Assembly: GCA_051294375.1 (NCBI GenBank)
Contig: CM119265.1
Location: 15,784,564 to 15,848,563 of the forward strand
From: Paraspadella gotoi
Taxonomy: Eukaryota > Animalia > Chaetognatha
Direction: 5' to 3'
DNA length: 64,000 nucleotides
Position numbers and translations under genes: made by a program
Shown here: one piece after another, positions 59,343-64,000 of the stretch
Numbering within the stretch: the first letter of the stretch is position 1
Layout of the letters: the number at the start of each line of letters is the position of its first letter
Notes under the pieces: model-generated
Database searches by the model: none
What the model saw: the letters and a program-made list of their open reading frames with translations, nothing else
What the model was told of the DNA's origin: nothing

Positions 59343-59747
59343 AAATTCCGTTGTTGAGAGTATTATGTAAAATCCTTATTTAAATTTTTTGTTTGTTTCC
59401 AGTCGTTTATTTAACATTTTGGTTAAAAGTTTGCTGATATGATTTTTATTTTTCTAGTTTAAGCAATAACTTATGTACTTTTCTTATGAGGTTTGTATTG
59501 TACTGCAAAGATTTAGTATTTAACCATATTAGTTTATTACATTGCCTATTGAGTATTGTTTTCCCATTAAACCGTGACCACGAAGTTGTTTTTGTTAATA
59601 CATTTTTCACGAATATTCTGTGCAATATTTTTCTTTGTTATTGTATATTTAGACTTCCTCTTTAATCATTTTTTATTTTCTTTATGAAGATTTAAATTAT
59701 AAATCAAAATTGAACACAAATTATTATTCGCACATCAAGCATTAAGT

Positions 59748-61692
59748 ATGTCACGCAACAAAGAAACTCGTGACAAGCTAATTCAAGAAAAACTTAAATC
59801 AATATTGGATGAACTGCTTCGGAATGAAGACAACAAATACTGCGCAGATTGCAACAGCAAAGGTACTGTGGTATTGTAAGTTTTACATTAGTCGTATAGA
59901 CGACCCCCATGAAAATACGATATCATTAGAGTAATCTTTAATCACAAAAGTAACGCCTATCATTTATATTTTTTTTGTAAAAAATTGGTACAACCAATAA
60001 TATATATAAAATTATATATTACATACGGTTATTAAAATAAAATCAGGTCCGAGATGGGCGTCGCACAATATCGGAGTTTTCCTTTGCATTCGTTGCGCGG
60101 GAATACACCGGAATCTCGGCGTTCATATTTCGAAAGTTAAGTCTGTGGCGTTGGATTCCTGGAGCCGAGAACAAGTTGCGATGATGAAGGAAATGGGAAA
60201 CAGGTTAGAACTTAGGTAAAGGCAGCTTTCACTATTGAATTTGCTATACAACTGCTCGAATTTTTTCAGTCGTGGTCGCGCGATTTACGAAGCCAATGTC
60301 CCCGACGGGTTCCATCGGCCGAACAGCGACACGGAGGTGGAACGACTTATTCGCGACAAATATGAAAAGAAACGCTACATCGCCGCAGAGTGGTCGCCTA
60401 GTCGCAACCGCCCGGACGTATCCTCTTTGGGTAAAGAATGAGTGTCCTTTTTTTGTAATCACACCGGAATGCAAGATTTAAGCTTATTTCTTCAGGCCTG
60501 GAAGATGTTTTGATGGTGAGCCGAAAGCCATCGAAGGTAAATCGCGGCGGCGTGGTCCTTCCGGCGCCGGCGGCACCATCGCCTTCTTCGTCTCTTCAAA
60601 AGAAGTCAGTGAAGCCTAGCGAGTCGCGCTCGCCACCGGAAGTGAAAAGTCCCGCCTCCGAACCGCCTCCGCCATCGACGAGATCCATCGCTTCGACGCC
60701 TCCCGCGGTCCACAACAACAATCACGTCGACCTTCTCGGCCTCGATCTCGAGGTCTCCAAAGAAGCGACTCCTGACAACGACGACGATTTCGGGACTTTT
60801 CTGGCCGCGCCGTCCTGCGTCGCCGTCGGAGAAACGAACTCCCAGCTTTTCGCGGTCAACAACAACAACAACAACGACTTGGATAAGGCTCAGCCAGCGA
60901 AAAGCAAAGACTCAATCATGGCTCTTTTCACGCCAACCCAGACAAACATTGGCTATAATACCGTCGCTCCGATGGGACACATGGGTCCGATGCCCTCGGC
61001 TACTCCCATGGCGTCAATGACATCGAGTGCCGCATCTTCTTTCAATCCCATGTCGATGAATCCCGCCGGTGTTGGTCGATCGGCTTTCCCCGGCGATCTT
61101 CTCGGACCTGACAACATGGGTGGGTGGTCGTCGGTTCCAGCCAACCCTCATCCGTCGCAAAACAGAATGAGTGGTCATCGGATGGGAATGAACGGATTCT
61201 CCCCGATGCAAGCCGGCCCGCCCTCGGCGTCGTTTCCTATGGCGGCCAATCCTTTCTTCAATCCGCCCTCAGTCGTCCAATCGCATGCTCCGCGTCCAGC
61301 GACGCCTTCGTCGATGTTTCCGGCCGCGACCAAAGTCAGTTGGTCGTCTTCGGCTCAGATACAGCAGCAGCAACAACAACAAATGATAAATCAACAGAAT
61401 TTCTTTCAATTCAACCAACCCCAACAAACCAAGGGATTAATAACAAGTCAGATGGGACCAAGGTTTCAGGTAAAATGCTCGTAAAAAATTTATTTTGCGA
61501 TGAATGTCTCGTAATTTAAAATTTATTTTACAACAGATGCAACAGCGGCAACAGCAATTTCAACAAGTTCAACAAGTTCAACAAGTTCAACAAGTTCAGC
61601 AAGTTCAGCAACAAATGTCAAATATGAAAATCGGTCAGATGACTGGACTTGCGTCAGCGCCGAATACGTCTCCCATTAGTTTTCTAGACTAA
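59748..61692 (+). CDS. SMAP: Stromal membrane-associated protein (SMAP1/2-type ArfGAP)
   Basis: [57 protein letters not shown], clathrin box [16 protein letters not shown] and an M/Q-rich C-terminus. Confidence 0.92.
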
Positions 61693-64000
61693 ATAACCTC
61701 TCTCAGAGCACCCTAAATATTCGAAGTTTTAGTAGAAAGACTATAAGACTTGTGTGATCCGCGCATATGTCCGCCTTACGTATATTTATACAAAAATTTT
61801 TACTTTGATAGATTGAAATTTTCAACCAGTATTTTTAATGGAGGCATTCTTTAATCAAAACTGGGATTTACATTTTCAAGTTAAGATTTTTATATTTATC
61901 GTTTCGCGATTTTATTTTAAATAACGTTCCGTTTGAAATGTCATGCTGCCATTTTGTTTTAATCTTGCCTTAAAATCTTCGAAATTTAAATTTTTACTAA
62001 ATGTTTATCATTATAATGCCTATATATAAAAATAATAAATATAATAAAAATGTAAGATTAAAAACATTTTTCTGTACGTAATTTTATTCATCCTTTCTTC
62101 ATTTTTGGCACATGCACTCCAGTGTTGTGTGGAATCTGTTTCACTTAATGTGTTGCACTACTTTACATTCCAAATTTTAACTTCATTCTGATAATTAATT
62201 TTCTAGTCAAAAGTTAACGTTTGTAGTTTGCTATTGCAATTCCATCACAGTTAGACATGTGCCTTATTAATGGGGGTGATATTTTTATTTCATTAACAAT
62301 TTCGGAACACGTTTAACGCCTTATAAAATGTGGAAATTATTAGTAAAAAAATCCTTTCACATGCTAATCTTGATTTAAATTATCTAGCTCACCCCCTTTA
62401 AGAGTTGCGGATTTGTAACCTTGCTTGGTGATGGTTATTAGGACGAGAGTATTACTTTTTTTTAACATGTAAACATGTTATTGTTATTTTATAGTTAAGA
62501 ATTTAAAAACTTTAACATATCATTTTTAATAGGGTGGAATGTTGAAAAGATTGAGAGATGTTACAATATATTTTTGTTATCTTTGTATATGTATATGATA
62601 AAATTTAAGCTTTTTTTTTTAAATTTGAGTGTAACAGTATCAGAAATCGTTTCTTCTTTAATAAAATTTCAAAACTATTTTTGTCATTTTTAAAAACAGA
62701 TTCAGATTGGCCAAAAAAATTAAAAAAAATTTTGTCAAATATATTATATGATATTTTAATGTTAAAGCCGCGAAAAATGAATAAAACATTGTTATTTTTA
62801 TTACAGAGAGTTAAAAAGTTAATCTTTTTTTTCTATTTTTGATACTTAAAAAATATTTTTTATATTTTTTATTTAACTTTTTATGAAAAATCTTTGAAAA
62901 TTTAAAATTTTATATGGATATTACTACTAATACATTGTAATTTCTGGTACTGTTCCACTCAGAATATAAGTAGAATATTTTTGTACTTAATAATTATATT
63001 ATTATACGTATAATTATCATTGTGACATATCTCAAATAAAATTTTTGTTCCCTAGAGCTCCACTCTACTGTTTAACGGTGAAATTATTTCTCAGTTTCTA
63101 TCTTTCTCTCAGACACAGTTTAAATTGATTCTGAACAAACTTTTTAACGTCAAGGAGATGCCAATGACATAAATAGGTAATATAAATATTCTTCGTTTCA
63201 TAATTTGTATTCTTCATATGTCACTTTTCGGTCGCTTGGTCGCTTTTTGTCTGTTCGTTTAAAGAAAGGGTGGGGGAAAAAGAGGAGAGGAAAAAGATGA
63301 GGATTTAGGATGCCATTTGAAAACATTAAAATATTGATGCGAGAAAAGAATATCTATTTTTAAAAATAAAAGAGTTAATGAAAAAAGTATAGGAATGAGT
63401 TTTGTTATTAAAGGAATTAACTAAAGCCGCTATCATAGTTCAGTCGGAGAACGAAACTTATTTTTTATGACATGGTTTTCTTTCTTTCTTTCTTGTTCAA
63501 ATGGAATCATTGACTGAATTAATTTTTTTAACTTCTATTTAGGTGCTTGGATCTGAAAATGTCTGCCTTTGTCCGGATACCTCCTACCATGTTCCAAAAC
63601 GCAAGAATCTGATTTTTTAATTATCGTATAGTTTTTTTTAATTTTCACTTTATCAGTTCATGTACATTTGTTTTTAATAGATTTTCTTTACCTGATTTTT
63701 TTTTTATTTGCCTTAACCCAATTTTAGTTAATTTTTCTTACCTGGTTTAGTTGAGGTTATCTTATCCAAGAGTTAGTCAGAGTGTCAGCTGTTAAACTAC
63801 ACTATAATTTAATTACATTTAAATTTGAACACAAATTCCATTTAATTTATTTTTGTTTAGACAAGTCATTAATCTTAGTCTTTCGTCTCATATCAATCTA
63901 GTACACTACGTACCTAAAAAATACACTACCTCTGCCCCGACAATATAGTAACGAGTTATTGAAAATTACTCGTTACATGTACTCGTTATTTATTAAATGA

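Noticed and set aside
61700-64000. AT-rich tail of the window with scattered splice-like sites
   Set aside because: No ORF or exon chain can be supported. No CRISPR, rRNA or prokaryotic features were seen anywhere in the window.

Overview
Compact, intron-rich genomic DNA from a bilaterian invertebrate. It has GT-AG introns, many (CT)n tracts and one 22-N gap. Gene models were built by hand from splice sites and reading frames. Left: the 3' part of RAPGEF1/C3G (+) with a TTLL10-like glycylase nested antisense in one intron, then a C-type lectin+PLAT membrane protein and a secreted precursor combining repeated dibasic-flanked peptides with R-spondin-like furin repeats. Middle: a 20.7-kb extended synaptotagmin gene (-) whose introns hold four antisense genes, namely a creatine kinase, a corazonin/GnRH-type neuropeptide precursor with an apparently non-amidated peptide, an aerolysin/ETX-MTX2-like pore-forming protein and a CD-M6PR/ATG27-like receptor. 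Right: seven tightly packed co-oriented genes (VMA21, PAPSS, MTHFS, FBXO8, RIC8, a C2H2 zinc-finger gene hosting a THEG-repeat gene, SMAP-type ArfGAP) that look like an SL-trans-spliced operon. Three minimal hammerhead ribozyme motifs lie in introns. All family assignments come from motif recognition, not database searches.
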